Assembly: GCF_009914755.1 (NCBI RefSeq)
Contig: NC_060931.1
Origin: the human T2T-CHM13v2.0 reference genome, Homo sapiens
DNA: 64,000 nt
Reading direction: 5' to 3' (one strand)
The notes beneath the pieces are model-generated. The model ran no database searches. It was not told the DNA's origin and worked only from the letters and a program-made list of their open reading frames with translations. Positions 13,931-33,185 of this stretch are shown in pieces; position 1 is the first letter of the stretch, and each line of letters starts with the position of its first letter. A program made the position numbers and the translations under genes.

Positions 13931-15764
13931 AGATGCTGTAAAATTATTCATAAGGTCACTTGTTGAAATGATTGCATTCAGCACTTAAATATGTTATGGA
14001 CAATGTCCATTAAGGATCAGCAAATACTTATTTGTGTCCATATTAGTGATATTATTATATGAGTTTTTAATTTATGTTATATGGGTTATTAATTTAGTCA
14101 ATGTTTCTTGTTCTAATAAAGGGCTCTGATTTTAAACCATTTTATCCAATGGTTTTCTTGAGCTTCCTAAAGTGGTAAACAGTCTCTGTTTTCTTCTTAT
14201 ATGTTCTTGTAGCTAATTGTTTTAATCATCTTTTTGTTGTTACTTCAGCCTCAGTGATGGGTTACTATTTAAGGATTCTCTAAAAGCCTTCTAATATACC
14301 CTCAATGTGGTTCTGGCAGACTCTGTCTACCTGACAGCCATTTCCACATTCTCCTTTGTTTACAGAGCCACAGTTTGGTTGTGTTGTAGTGTTTTTATTC
14401 CTAGTCTAAGAAAATCATGATGATCTTATGTTCCTTTGCCATATACTTAATTTTTCATTTTTGTTTATAGCTGAGGGTGATCACATGACTGAGATCTGAC
14501 CAAAATGGGGTTTAAGTAGAGGCTTATGAGAAAGTCTTTGTTCCATAATAAAACAGACAGGGATGAAAAAGATAGCTTATTGGCTCCTGTGATCCTTTCT
14601 TTCAGCCTACACACAGACAGGATGCTTGGTGCTATGACAGCCATCTTGAAGCCATGAAATCATAAAAACAAGGACAAAAAGTCAACTTACTGAGAATGGT
14701 AGAGAGGAAGAATAGAAAGACCCAATTCCTAGTGACAGCATTAAGTCACTACTTATGTCCTGAACTCTGTATCCAGAGTTCAGATTTTGTAAAAACAAAG
14801 CAAAAAAGAAAACAGAAACAACCCTATCTATTTATGTTATTATTAATTTACTTTGTTATTTGCTGCTGAAAGCGTTCCTAACTGGTATAAATAAGAAGGA
14901 CTAAAGAACTTACCCTCGTCAGAGATTTACTCTGTAAGTGAGCATGGTTGTTGAATATGTGACCAGTCTAAGTAGTGAGGCAACACAGAGTGGAAGAATA
15001 TCTGGATTTTGTTATTGGCTCCTGTACTTCTCAGCTGTGTACAAAGCAAACCTTGCTTTACAGGAACTTTGGCTCTCTATTTACAAGGTCAGTGTCAACT
15101 CCTAGTGCCTTTTTTTAATTTTTCTGGCAAAAGGGAAATGGGCTAAGTTCTAGGAATTTTCCTTTATGTGAGTATATGAGGTTTTCTAAAACTTTCTAGG
15201 GAGTCAAATGTTTTCCTTGCTATTGGTTGCTTCTGATAAATTAGGTTTAATCACAGTATATTCCTAGTAGTAGGTTTTTGATTTTTGAAATGGTGATTTT
15301 TCTTTCTCTTTTGGGGATGAAAAAGAAAAATGAAAGCTTAATGATATTTTCTTTCAAAGCAACCGTCTTCTTTTTCAAGATAAACAAAATATTATGCTAA
15401 ATTGAAACCAATTTTATGAAATTATATTTTAAAAAAGGATTTCAAAAAGCCATATCTAAGTCTTTTGAGGAAAATGGAAACATTATAAGAAAAATAACAA
15501 AGCAGCATTTGTAGTATTTTAGGTCTAGTAGACTTAGGTAAAATTTAATGCACGCTTTTCAACCTGGTTGGCTTTAATAGTCCACAGATATCCTGGCTGA
15601 ATCCACCAAGGTTTTTAACAATTTGAATTTGCTACCAATAGTTCCTTTTTTCTCATCTCACCTTACACTGTCTCCATGTCCTGATGTGCTTCAACTCAGA
15701 AGCACTGGAACTCTCTTGATACCAAAGTTGTGTTATGGTGTGTGATAAGGTTGATGATGGTGGG

Positions 15765-16176
15765 TGTTATGGGTTGAATTGCATCCCCCAAAAAAGATAT
15801 TGAAGTCCTACCCTCCAGGACCTGTGATTGTCACCTTATTTGGAAATAAGTTCTTTATAGATGATCAAGTTAAGATGAGGTCATTGGGGTGGGCCTTAAT
15901 CTAATATGACTGGGTTCATATAAGATAGAATAGAAACGGAAGGAAGAGAAGATGGTGTGAATACACAGGGAGAGCACCGTCAACAAGTGAAGGAACTCCT
16001 GAGGCTCCTGATGCTAAGAGAGAGAGACATGGAAGACATTCTCCCTCACAGCCCCCAGAAAGAATCAACTTCTCTCATACTTTAATTTTGGACTCCAAAC
16101 TCTCAGAACAATACAGTTCTGTTGTTTAAGCCACCCAATTTGTGCTTTCTTACAGCAGTCCCTGGAAAGTAATACA
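15765..16176 (+). mobile_element. MLT1B/C-type MaLR solo LTR
   Basis: TGTTATGGGTTGAATT...TAATACA ends; TSD GTGGG/GTGGA. Confidence 0.8.
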
Positions 16177-16496
16177 GTGGAGGAGGACCCCCATGATTAC
16201 ATTCTGCGAGAGGAGTTCCTAAGCATTGCAGCATGAAAAACAGTGCTTAAAAGCTTAAGCAATATTTTTCAAAATATTGACCTATCTCAGTAGGAACTGA
16301 GATAGGCAACAAATCTGACTGACAGAATACATTTCAAACTTTCAAAATTGTGTCTTCCTCTTACTGTGGGTCCTTACCCCTGAACAAAGTTCATCACACC
16401 TGGCTTCACGTTGCAGGGTATATTTTTTTGATGCCTGCCTTATCTGGCTTCCAGTCATGCCCTGGAATTTGAGTGTCTCTCAAATGTAAAAATCAA

Positions 16497-18225
16497 AAAG
16501 TATATTGTAAAAATGTCTATACTATGCAAAGTAATATACAGATTCAATGCAATTTCTATCAAGATTCCAATGACATTTTTCACAGAAATAGAAAAAAATC
16601 TAAAATTTATATGAAAACATCAAAGACATCAAATAGCCAAAACAATCTTGAACAAAAAGAACAAAGCTGGAAGCATTACACTATTTGATTTCAAAATGTA
16701 CTGCAAAGCTATAGCAATCAAAACAACATGGTACTGGCACAAAAACAGAAATATGGACCAATGAAATTGAACAGAGAGCCCAGAAATAAATTCACCCATT
16801 TACAGTTAACTGATCTTCAACAAAAGTGCCAAGATCATACAACTGAGAAAGGACAGTCTCTTCAATAAATGGTGCTGGAAAAACTTGATATCCACATGCA
16901 GAAGAATGAAATTGGACCCTTATTTCATCCCATATACAAAAATCAACATAAAATGGATTAAAGACTTAAATGTAAGACCAGAAACTATAAAACTATTAGA
17001 AGAAAACCTAGAGACATTGACATTGGTCTTGGCAAAGATTTTTTGGATATGACCCCAAAAGCACAGGCAGCAAAAGCAAAACTAGACAAATGGAATTACA
17101 TCAAACCAAAAAAATAGCTTCACAGCAAAAGAAGCAATCAACAGAGTGAAGAGAAAACCTATGCAATGGGAGAAAATATATGTAAATCATACATGAAATA
17201 AGGAACTAATATCCAAAATATATAAGAAATTCAAACATCTGAACAGCAAAAAAAAAAAAAAAAAGAAAATTTAAAAATGGGCAAAAGATCTGAACAGACA
17301 TTTCTGCAAACAGAATGTATGAAAGGCCAACAGGTATATGAAGAGATGCTCAACATCACTAATCATTGGAGAAATGCAAATTAAAACCACAATTAGATAT
17401 CTATCATCTCACCTCTCTAAGATAAGCATTTGCAAAAATGTGGAGAAAAGAGGACCCTTGCACGCAGTTGGTGGAAATGTACATTAGTATAGCCTCATGG
17501 AAAATAGTATGGAGGTTCCTCAAAAAATTAAAAATAGGACTACCATATGATCCAGCAATCTCACTTCTGAATATGTATCCAAAGGAAATGAAATCAGTAT
17601 GGTAAAAAGATATCTGCATTCCCATATTCATTGCAACATTACTTGCAATAGCCAAGATAGGGAATCAACTGATGAATGAATAAAGAAAATGTGGTATACA
17701 TAATATAATGGAATACCATTTTGCCTTAAAAAGGAGGAAATCGGGTCATCTGCAACAAGCTAAGTGAAAAAAACCAGGCACAGAAGGACAAATACTGTAT
17801 GATCTCACTTACATGTGGAATTTAAAAAAGTTTAACTCATAGAAGCAAAGGGTAGAATAGTGGTTGCCAGGGACTGGGGCTAGGGGTGGGAGCAGGGAAT
17901 GGGGAGTTATGGTCAAAGACTACAAAGTTTCAAATAGACAGGAGGAATAAGATCTGGTGAACTATAGTACAGCATGTGACTATAGTTAATAATATTGTAT
18001 TGTACACTTGAAAGTTGCTAAGAGAGTAGATTTAAATGTTCTCATCACCAAAAATGATAAATATATGCAGAAGTGACAGATATATTAATTTGATTTAATT
18101 GTTCCACTGTGTATACATATATCAAAACATCATGTTATACACCATACATATATACAATTTTTCACCTTGCCAATTAGAAATAAAAATTATTCATATAAAA
18201 TAAAAATAAAAATAAAAAATAAAAT
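16497..18225 (+). mobile_element. L1MA-type 5'-truncated LINE-1 (end of ORF2, 3'UTR, A-rich tail)
   Basis: Degenerate ORF2 C-terminal sequence and L1MA-type 3'UTR ending in (TAAAA)n. Confidence 0.85.
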
Positions 18226-18673
18226 TCAAATTCATAACCCAAATTTCCCTAGACCTCTGCTTCCTCTGCATATAACATGTTTGAGTCTCGCCTAAACTCA
18301 AATTGGACCTCCACAGTCTTAGCAAAACTCTTTTAGAAAGTGCAATAATATTTCTTAATAATCTGTCCCAGGTTATCACTTTCCATAAGAATATCCTTTT
18401 TTGAGTTCTCCTTGAAACCATAGTTCAAAACAAATGTGTTTGTTCTTGCATTATTTTTGGTAGAGAGAAGAACTATGTGATAAGATAAACCTTAAGATAA
18501 ATCCATGTCTATTGGGGATAAAAGTTTTCAGTTATTCTGCTCTTCACAAACTAACCCTAGTTCCTCTAATCTTAAAGGTTTTAGCTTTCAACTTTTAGTT
18601 ATTTGAATTTTGGGGGAAAGATCTCACATCAATTTCTCCATGTTAAGATTTAAATAACCAAACTGGAAGTTAA

Positions 18674-18972
<299 letters not shown>

Positions 18973-19559
18973 AAATGAATTTTTTACACACCAAGTGAAA
19001 ATAAGTGGTATACATTTTCACAGGAAATTTTCCCACAATAAAATTTCTAGATGGAAGTTCAAGTCCTTGTGCCTGAGCTCCTTAGATTAAAAAGCATAGC
19101 AGTTATTTAACACTCTTTTAAAAAAGAAAGTATGAAGACATGGTGAAACTATTTTGCTTATCACATTGACATTCCTTTGAGAAGAAAGAAAGAAAATGAC
19201 ATGTGGTTGGGAATTCTTCAGTTTAGCCCTATAGAGATTTTTAAAAATGTTTTAACTTTCAAAGGCGCTTTTATAGAGCTATAAAATTGCCTGTCTCCTC
19301 TCCAGGCTATGCTGTACACAAATGCAATTCTAATTTTTATCGAATGCTACTTTGATCATTCAGCTGCTTGATCAAAATCAATAATGACTTATGGTGTTTC
19401 AGATCATGTCTATACTTTTCAAGACCCTTAATAATCTGCCTCCATCCTACCTATCCTACATTCTATTTCACATTTCCCTATAATAATCTTTGTTATTACC
19501 TTACTGCCTTTCTCTGTCCCTGTCAACTGCAACACATAAGGGTTTGTATATAAAACATG

Positions 19560-19595
19560 CACACACACACACACACATACACACACACACACACA
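19560..19595. repeat. (CA)n microsatellite, one interruption
   Basis: Direct reading. Confidence 0.9.
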
Positions 19596-19698
19596 TTTCA
19601 TGCATATTCTGGCCTTGGGACTTTTACTTATGCGTTTTTCCTTTTCTGATGTCTACGTATGTATAGTTTTTCTCTTAGCAACATCTAAACTTCTTTAA

Positions 19699-20081
<383 letters not shown>

Positions 20082-20213
20082 ACTTTCTTATTCCTGTTAC
20101 TTATTTAGGGTGACACTGTCCAAGACTTGCCTAAATACCATTTTATAGTGTTTCTTTTTTAATGAACATATAAACTGTGTTGTGATCTTTTGTTTGTTTG
20201 TTTGTTTGTTTTT

Positions 20214-23433
<3,220 letters not shown>

Positions 23434-23729
23434 TGTGTTGTGATTTTTAAGCTTCCTTTGCATCTCCCACAGTCCTTCCTGGGCATACAATGGAGCATAA
23501 TCAACAAACATTCAATTTCAATAGCCCTCTTTCCACCTGTCTGTAGAGTGCTGCAGCAATGACTCAACGCAAAGCACCCCCATGAGGAATCCTAGCTGCC
23601 AAAACACCAGAACTGGTGTATGGGTGTCTACACCAGAACTCTGGGAATCATTCTTGATAGTTTATTTCTATTTACCAAGCATATCCAGTCAGTCACCAAG
23701 TCCTTTCAAATTAATGTTTGGAACACATA

Positions 23730-25737
23730 CTTTAAAAATTGATATATGATAAACTGTACATATTTAAGGTGTAAATTTGATATGTTTATATAACCATCAC
23801 AACAATCAAGAAAATGAATGTTTCTACAACCCCCCAAATTCCTCATACTCCTTTTTATTCCCTCCCATCCACTTTTCCCCCACCGTCACATCAACCACTG
23901 ATGGATCAGCTTCTCTCACCAAAGACTAATTTTCATTTTCTAGAATTTTATATAAATGGAACCACAAAGTATACACTTTTCTTTGTTCTAGCTTCTTCAC
24001 TCAGTATAATTAGTTTGAGATTCATCCTTGAATTGTGTATATCGACTGTTTTTCTCTTTATTGCTGAGTCATATGTCATCATACAGACACATAAAAATGT
24101 GTTTATCCACCAGTTGCTGGGCAATTCAGTTGATTCCTACTTTGGGATACTATTGGAAAAAATACTGTAAACATTCACATATAATCTTTGTATAGCTGTA
24201 TTATTTTTTCTTCTTCTGGATATCTGGAAAAACTGGAATATGTGGTAGATGTATATTTAACTTTAAAAGAAAAACTACCAGACTATTTTTCCTAAGTGAT
24301 TGTATATTCCCACCAGTAGTATATCAGAGTTCCAGTTGCTCCACATCCTTGCCAGCAAGTGGTATACTCAGGCTTTCAAGTTTTAGTCATTCAAATACGT
24401 ATGTAGTTGTATTCCCTATTTTTTATTTGTGCTTCCCTAATGACTAATAATGTTGAACATATTTTCATAACATTATTTTCCATCCACATATCTTCATTTA
24501 TGAAGTGTCTAATCAAATTTTTGGCTGACTTTTAAAAACTGGATTATATGTTTTCTTATTGAGCTTTGAGAACTTTCTATATATTTTGTATAGAATTCCT
24601 TTAACATATATATAATACACAAATATTTTTCCAGACTGTAGCTTGTCTTTTTATAGTGTCTTTTAAAGAGCATAAATTTACGATTTTAATCAAATCTTTT
24701 TTTTTTTTACAATACATCATGCTTTTGTGGCATGTCTAAGAAATCTTTTCTAATCTAAGAATGCAAAGACTTTTCTTTTATGTTTTCTCCTAGACGTTTT
24801 ATAGTTCTAGATTTACACTTAGGTTACTGATCTATTTGGAGTTAATTTTTGTATATGTTGAGATTGAAGTGTAGTTTTTTCCCATATGGATATTTGATTG
24901 TACCTGGCTCATTTGCTGACAAAACTATCCTTCCTTTGTTGAATTGCTTTTGCACCTTTGTCAAAAATCAATTGTCTATATATGTGTGGGTTTATTTCTG
25001 AACTCAATTCTCACCAATTGATTTTTTTGTCTTGATGCCAAAACCACATGGTCATGATCACTACAGCTCTATAATAAATCTTGAAGTCAGATACTATTAG
25101 TCTTTCAACTATGTTCTCCTGTTTCAAATTTGTTTTGGCTCTTCTATATCTTTTATATTTCCACAGGAATTGTAGAATAAGTCTGTCAATTTTCACTGAC
25201 AAGCCTACTGGGATTTTGATTAGGATTGCATTGAATCAAAAGTGTAAGTTGAAGAGAATTGATTTTTTAAAAAATAATGAGTCCTTTGATCTATAAATAT
25301 AATATATCTCGATTTATTTGCATCACCTTTATTTACTCTCAGCAATGTTTTATAGTTTTCAGTGTACAAATCTTTCATCAATTTTATCCAGTATTTTGTG
25401 TTTTTGATGCTACCCAAATGGTATTTTATTTAAAAATTATAATTTCCAATTGTTCATTGCTAGATTATAGAAATATGATTGATTTTTATATGGCAATTTT
25501 GTACTTACAACATTGTTAAACGCACTTGTTGTTTCCTGCAACTTTTTTTGTAGATTCCGTAGGGTTTTCTATATATATGATCACATTGTCTGTGAAGAAA
25601 GACAGGTTTACTTCTTCTTTTCCAATTTGTATGCCCTTTTTTCTCTTTTGTGATTCATTATACTGATTAGAACATATAACACAATATCAAATCGTGGTGG
25701 TAGGAGTAAACATCCTAGCCTTCCTCCTAATCTTAGG
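23730..25737 (-). mobile_element. Old L1M (L1MB/MC/ME-type) fragment
   Basis: Diverged L1 3'UTR and ORF2; ORF 25011..25202 resembles ORF2 (DFKIYYRAVVIMTMWFWHQD). Confidence 0.8.
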
Positions 25738-25739
25738 TG

Positions 25740-26300
25740 CTTTTCAATTTTAACTCTAACTGGCCACTGAATCCTTCATCTCCCCCCATATTTATCACTA
25801 CTATCCTATCTCAGGTTACCATATTCAGTCATCACAAACACAAAACAGAACTCCTAGTGCTCATCCTGCCTACTCCAACCCAGCTCCAATTTCTTCCACT
25901 TGGTGCAGCCAGAGTGCTATCTTCAAAACTTAAATTTGATCATCAAAACCCATCGATAGATTCCTGTTACTTTTCTGATAAAGACCATGGCTCTTAATTT
26001 GGTTGACTGGGCCACTTATGATGGAATACCACTTAAAATGTCTTAAAATTTCCCTCTTGTCCCACTCTACATCTTAACCATAGCCACACTGGCCATTCTT
26101 AACTTCCTCTGACTCACCATGATTCTTCCTGATTCTACCTCGGGGTCTAGGGATATGCTATCCCCTCATCTCAGGAACACTTTCCTCAGTGTCTGCTTTA
26201 CCTGGTTAGCCTCTATTTCTCCTTTCTCAGAGAAGCCTTTGCTCACTTCCAATTACTAGGTTAGGCACTCCTTTGTTTAAGGTCAGAATAAGCTGTACTT
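25740..26300 (+). mobile_element. L2 fragment
   Basis: Pyrimidine-rich L2 3' motifs (GCAGCCAGAGTG, AGCCACACTGGCC, TCAGAGAAGCCTT). Confidence 0.5.
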
Positions 26301-26494
26301 TCTGTTTTATAATTTTGAAAGCTGAAAATGTATTGAAATAATATTATTTGCTTTGCTTTTATCTCTGTAGAAATTTCTTCCCCTGTCCCAATCAAAAACA
26401 TAGTCAAGCTTCAGTGGGTTTTTTGGCTCAAGGACTTTTATGTTGTTGAGTTAAAAGAGGAGCCACTAGGCTGGAGAACTTGAGCTCCCTTGTT

Positions 26495-28300
26495 TAATTT
26501 TTTAAAATAACCTTTTTATTTTAAAATGTTCGAGATTTACAGAAAAGTTTTGAAGATAGTATGGAGAGTTCCCATATACCTCATGCTCAGTTCCCCAGTT
26601 ATTAACACTTTACGTTAGTGTGGTACATTTGTCACAATTAATGAACCCAATATTGATGTATTGGTATGTTATTGATATATTATTGATACATTGATTCATT
26701 ATTAGCACAACTCCATGTTAGTAACTAAGATCTGGGTCTTAGGTGTGTTCATTGCTACTGGGGTATCATTATTTCAGAGATGACAAAGCAAGAAAATATA
26801 TGGGTATATAATCACACGTATATATATATATGTATATTTATGAATGTGTTTATATTTCCATATATATCTTTTTATATACTGCACTAATTATGAGTTCGTA
26901 GTTATGTCTTCAGCTCTAATCCATTATCACTCAGATCATTCTAACCTTTTCCCCTTGCTTATCTATAACTTTCCACTTCAACAGTGAGAAACCTGGCTTC
27001 CATATCTGTCATCCATAAATGTACGTATTTAATTCCAGTACACATGTATACTGGTTTCAGAATAGAAGCAACTTTATTAACTAGAGTGCAGTGCTTATGT
27101 GCAATTCCTTTTGCCTTTAGTCTTACAGGCTCCTCTCATTTCCAAAATCACTTAGGTCAGCCCGTTTTCTCCCACCCTCTTCAGTGAGTTGGTACACACA
27201 TTAGTAACACACATTCTTTTCTCATATACTGTATTCCATCCTGGGATCTCTCTGACTTTCTAAATGATTTAAAAAATTTGCGTACATCAAGATTCATTCT
27301 TTGTGATGTAAAGTTCCATGGTCTTTGACAAATGCATTGTGCCATGTCTTCACCACTACAGAATCATACAAGGTAGCTTCCCTGCTCTAAAAGCCCCATG
27401 CTTCACCTAGTCACTTTTCCATGCCTCCATTCTGAGTCCCTGGCAACCACTGATCTGTTCACCATCTCTCAAGTTCTGCCTTTTTCATATATCATATAAA
27501 TAGAATCATATAGTATTTTGACTTTTCGAACTGGCTTCTTTCACTTACAAAATACATATTTAAGAGTTATCCATGCCTTTTAGCATTTGCTTGAGAGCTC
27601 ATTTATTTTTATTGCTAAATAGTATTCCATACATATTCCATCTTATTAATGTATAATTTATTGATCAATTCACTTATTGAAAGACATTTTGGCTACTTTT
27701 AGTTTTTGGTGATCATTAATAAAGTCACTATAAATATTTGTTTACAGATTTCTGTGTGGACAGTTTTCAAATCACTTGGGTTAATACCTATACCTAGAAG
27801 CATAATTGCTGGACTGTATGGTAAGACTATATTTAGCTTTATAAGAAATTGCCAAACTGTCTTCCAAAGTGGTTGCACCAGGAGAGTTCCTGTTGCTCTG
27901 TGTCTTTGCCAGCATACAATATTGTCAGTGTTTAAGATTTTAGCCATTCTAATAGGTGTGTTGTGGTTTCTCATTTTTGTTTTAATTTGGGCATTTTCCT
28001 AATTACAAAATGGTGCTTGAGTCTTTTAATATGTTTATTTGCTATTTCTATATCTTCTTTATTGATGTGTCTGTTCAGATCTCTTATTTTTAAATATCTG
28101 TTTTCTTATTATTGAATTTTAAGAGTTTCTTGTAAGTTTTAAATACAAGTCCTTTATTAAATATGTTTCACAGAAAATACTCTCCCAGTCTATGGCTTGT
28201 TTTTTCTTTTTAAATATCTTAACAGTGACTTTCACAGAGCAGAAGTTTTATACTTTGATAAAGTCCCACTTACCAATTCTCTTTTATGGATTAAACTTCT
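26495..28300 (-). mobile_element. Old L1MC/MD-type fragment
   Basis: L1M 3'UTR motifs; ORF 27699..27974 resembles the ORF2 end (PIRMAKI...QPLWKTVWQFL). Confidence 0.78.
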
Positions 28301-28406
28301 GGAATAAAGGACTATGATATTTCTTGCAATTTTATAGTGCAAAATTTGTACCCATTGTATACTAATCAAGGCATAATTATATTTTTATTTGTGTTATTTT
28401 AATATT

Positions 28407-28550
28407 AGCCAGGTGAGGTGGCATGTGCCTATAATCTCAGCTACTTGGGAAGCTGAGGTGGGAGGATCACTTGGGCCCAGGAGTTGGAGACAAGCCTGGG
28501 CTATATAGCGAGATCCTGTTTCAAAAAGCAAAAGCAGAAACAAACAAAAT
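28407..28550 (+). mobile_element. FLAM (Alu monomer)
   Basis: Single about 120-bp Alu arm with an A-rich tail. Confidence 0.8.
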
Positions 28551-28988
28551 CTTTGGTTTTGCCCACTAAATGCTAAGCTCCATGAGGTAGTGATTATGCC
28601 TTTTTTGACTATCATTATATCCCGGCGTCTAATTTTGTGTTCAGCACATGGCAGATACCTAACCAATGGTAATTGCTTTGTTCATACGTAATGAATGATT
28701 GGTGACTTCACTGTCCAGTGGACTCAACGTTTCCATTATTTTGTTCACTATACTCTAAACTTTATTGCCTCTTTCTTTTCATTTTATTTACCAGGAAAAT
28801 TCATAACTGTAGATGAGTGGAAGCTTCCATGCTTTCCTTGCTTGCATCAAACTAGAACCTGGCCAGGGAGCTAACAACAATTTTTACTTTTTGAGGATTG
28901 TTAAAATAGCAAAGAAAAATACGTGAAAGAGGCTATGTGTGATCTAAAATATTTTCTATCTGGTCCTTTACAGAAAATAAAATTTGCT

Positions 28989-29359
<371 letters not shown>

Positions 29360-29844
29360 CTATTGAGCATACAATGAAAAAAATTTACGCAATTAAGCAG
29401 ATTAGTCAACAACCTTTCTCCTATCCCCACTGAATCTACCATGTTTATCAGCTCACTTTCTCACTTTCTGCCATTATTTCAAAGCTATTCCCTATCCTCT
29501 AACCTCTGATCCTTTCATCTTTCCTTTTCTCTACAGATAAGTTTCACAGCCCCAAATACAATTAGCTATATCTCACATTGTTTTGTTTTGCTATAATGGA
29601 GCTAGTGAAAATCCTCCCAGCCATGCTCTGGACCTCAGCCTTTCCTGCTGGAGTGGATCTATGTCTTCGGTTTGCCATCATCCTTTCCTGTGGGGAGGCA
29701 TCTCTCCATATTTCATAATCATCCTGCTCAGTTTAAATGGTTTGAATTGTGCCAATTGTCACCACATCCTTATTCTTGTAGCCCCATGGGTGGTAGGCAC
29801 ATGGCCCCACCTTAGACAATCAGAATGTTCCAGCCACATGACTG

Positions 29845-30404
29845 CATAGGGGATCAGAATATGCCAACTCCAACTATGCCACTTTGGCATAAGGATCATT
29901 TTGAGCTTAAAGACATTTGAGATTTAACTAATGCAGAAGGAAGTTTTCTCAGAGCTTTCCTTATTTGACTAAAAGCAGAAAATTTTGAAAAATGAAGACT
30001 TCACAAATATCCTCTTTCAGGGAAGTTTTATGGCCATGAAGAAGATAGAAAATGGGTGCTGAGATCAACCTGGACACACAAAACTTGTTCTGTTAGTTTC
30101 ACCCACATGTTAACCATTTTATGGTTTGCTGCCCTGGGAATCCAAAGACTTTTCTCTGTCTTGTCACTTTCCTACAAATTTATTGTTTTTTTTTTTTTTT
30201 TAAAATGCAATATAAGCCCAAGTTCTAAGCATCCTTTTGAGTCACTCATCACTGAGTTTTCCTCTGGGACTGTATGAGACATGTATTAACAAACTCTGCT
30301 TTTTATCTTGTTAATTTGTCGTTTGTCAGTCCAATCTGCAGGGCCCCAGACAGTGAATCTAAGATGGTCAAGGAAAAAGGTGTTTTTGGTTTTTCTCCTT
30401 TACA
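29845..30404 (+). mobile_element. MER34/MER39-like ERV1 LTR, apparently nested in an older MaLR fragment
   Basis: TAGGGGATCAGAATATGCC...TTTGGCATAAGGATCATTTTGAGC start and ...CTCCTTTACA end. Confidence 0.6.
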
Positions 30405-31751
30405 CTGACATTGGTTGATTCAGAAAAAGGCATGTAACCAAAGCTGGGCATAGTCATTGTCCTGGGGAAGGTATTGCCATCTTTTCCTCTTGGAGAACCT
30501 TTCTGAAGACCAAATACCAGAAGGAAGTAAAGAAGCATGGGCATTTTCATGTCTCTGCATGGTTAGGGATTTTGGGGCAAATTTTACTGGGATTTGGATT
30601 CAAGGACAAGCCTTGAAACTTAAAGATAACTGAATAAGATAGTAAGAGACTTGCCTCCCTAGAGATATGCTTCTATTTCAAGGGGTGATGAGAAGACATG
30701 AGAAAAGGTGGAGCATGAAGACAATCCAGGGGTTGTAAAACAGGGAGAAACTTGTCTTATATTCCCCTATAGACATTTACTTACATGCTGAAGGGTTAGA
30801 ACCCAGGATCCTTCCTATTCTCTCCCAAAAGAGAGTTTGTGTACATTAGGAACCATAGGCTTCTTTCTCTGTCTCAGAAGGAGAAGAGGGAGATAAGTGT
30901 CCCTCTTCTATAAGAACTCTCAGATTCTTATGGAATTCTTTACCTATACTACAGACCCCAGCAAGTGTAAGGTGACATCTGGGTTTTATTGCGTTACCTT
31001 ATAATGGGGGATAAATTAGGGTAAGGGAAGCTGATGCCATTATTAATATAAGTAAGTACAAATAATTAGTCCCAGCCCCAGAAATCATGTTTGTATTCTC
31101 AGAATCATGAATAAATATAGATATTAAAACAACAGTATTTGTAAATTGAATTTTTATGTTCAGAAATAGGCTACAATGCCCTTGGGTGTAGGAATCCTTG
31201 TGATTCATTATGGAGTTCCTAGTGCCTGGCAGTATGTGGTACTTAAATCTTTGTTAATGGCTGGTTGAAGAGGTAAGTGAATTGTCTTAGTGCCTGAAGA
31301 ATAGGTAAATGTCATTCAGTAGAATGTGGGAGCTGATCTAACAACCCAAAGCTGCTGATGGCTCTGCAAGTAGGTAGGGCTTTCTTGAAATATTTGTCTG
31401 AAGAATTCCAGCGACCTAAAGCTGGTGGAATTGGGTCAAGTCTGATGAGGCCAGTGTGGGTATTCCTCTCCCCTGGAGACTAGTCATGGGTTACTCATTT
31501 GCATGGCCTCGGGCATTCCGCTGCCTTGGTGCTGTCCTGGGTGCATTCCTTGAAGAAGGACTGTTTCTACAGAGCAAAGGCTCTGGAGTATATAGTGCCT
31601 TAGTTCCCCAATCCCAGCTCTGCCCCTCCATAGGGCCAGTTTATTCGACTTCTTTGTGGCTCAGTGTCCGATCTGTAACATGAGGTGGGGTAAAAATACA
31701 CAGTTATTGTGAGAATAAAAGGAGTCAATTTGTATGTAGGAGTTAACATAA

Positions 31752-32087
<336 letters not shown>

Positions 32088-32854
32088 AAAATCCTTAGAA
32101 AAGTACAGGACACATAAGTTCTATAGATTTTTTCCTATTTACTATTCAATTTAAAAAGATTTCGGAGAGAAAAGAAAGTCTAGTGAAGCCAACTTCTATT
32201 TTAATACCTGAAAACATATTTTACGGCTACTGAAAAATATAGTTCAAAAGAAATCAGATCAACTTTATTGTCTGGTTAAGAAAGCTTTTCTTTAAGTATT
32301 ATGACAAGTTTTATCCCTAAACTAATTTCCCCCAAATTAGTGCATGATAAATGAAGATTCTGCCTGGAACTATCTGAATTATATAAAAAGAATAACATCT
32401 GATTCTACATAAATTGCAAGGTATATTTTTAGTTACAAAGAACTATTGTCAGATATTCTAAGAAAAAAAGTAAGAAAATATTCTCTGCTTTCTAACAAGC
32501 CAGGGTACTGTTTTCAAAGCTTTTAAAGAACTTTGTTTTTTTGCTTTTGTTATCATTTGAAGGTCCTACTTTCACAAGATGAAATATGATATTTAGAAGG
32601 GGAAAGAGGCTGCCTAGGGAAAAACTGAAGCCTAATTGTTACTTTAACCTCTTAAGCCTCCTTTCATCCGCTAGACAAACAATTATTGAGAGTGCGCTCT
32701 GGGCTAAGTGCTGTGTTAGGCTGTCTAGGTATATGTTTATAATGTGTAGTGAGCCAGCTTCTCCTCTGTGTTCAGGGAGGTGCAGCTTTGCAGTGCTCTC
32801 AAAGGGACCTAAAAGAGTTAATAGATCTCATTAGGTAACATATGGCACCACTAT

Positions 32855-32990
32855 CCACCCAGGTTTGGTTGGATAGCATTACTGAAGAGGCCAAGGTCTC
32901 GGTTTGATCCCTGTCTGAACAGGTTTCAGCCTTGCTCAGCAGTTTCAGGTCACAGACCATACTTTGACCTAAAAACTGAACCCAAGAGTC
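32855..32990 (+). mobile_element. Ancient tRNA-derived SINE remnant (MamSINE1-like)
   Basis: GAGGCCAAGGTCTCGGTTTGATCCCTGT resembles a tRNA anticodon/T-arm (B box), followed by a ...CACAGAC... tail. Confidence 0.5.
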
Positions 32991-33185
32991 ACAAACAAGC
33001 AATAGGGTGTATTAGAACAAATTTGTTGCTATCACTGATACATTGCATGCTTACACTGTGTGACTTCATATCTTAAAGATCATATTTTATTTTTATTGCA
33101 ATCAACTCATTTGTTTAAGAACAATATATGGATCCAGTCTCTAATGCTTAAATAGCATTATTCATAAAATAGCTAATATGTATAT

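Noticed and set aside
32855-32930. Functional tRNA gene
   Set aside because: A box degraded, B box mutated and no closable cloverleaf; treated as a SINE relic.
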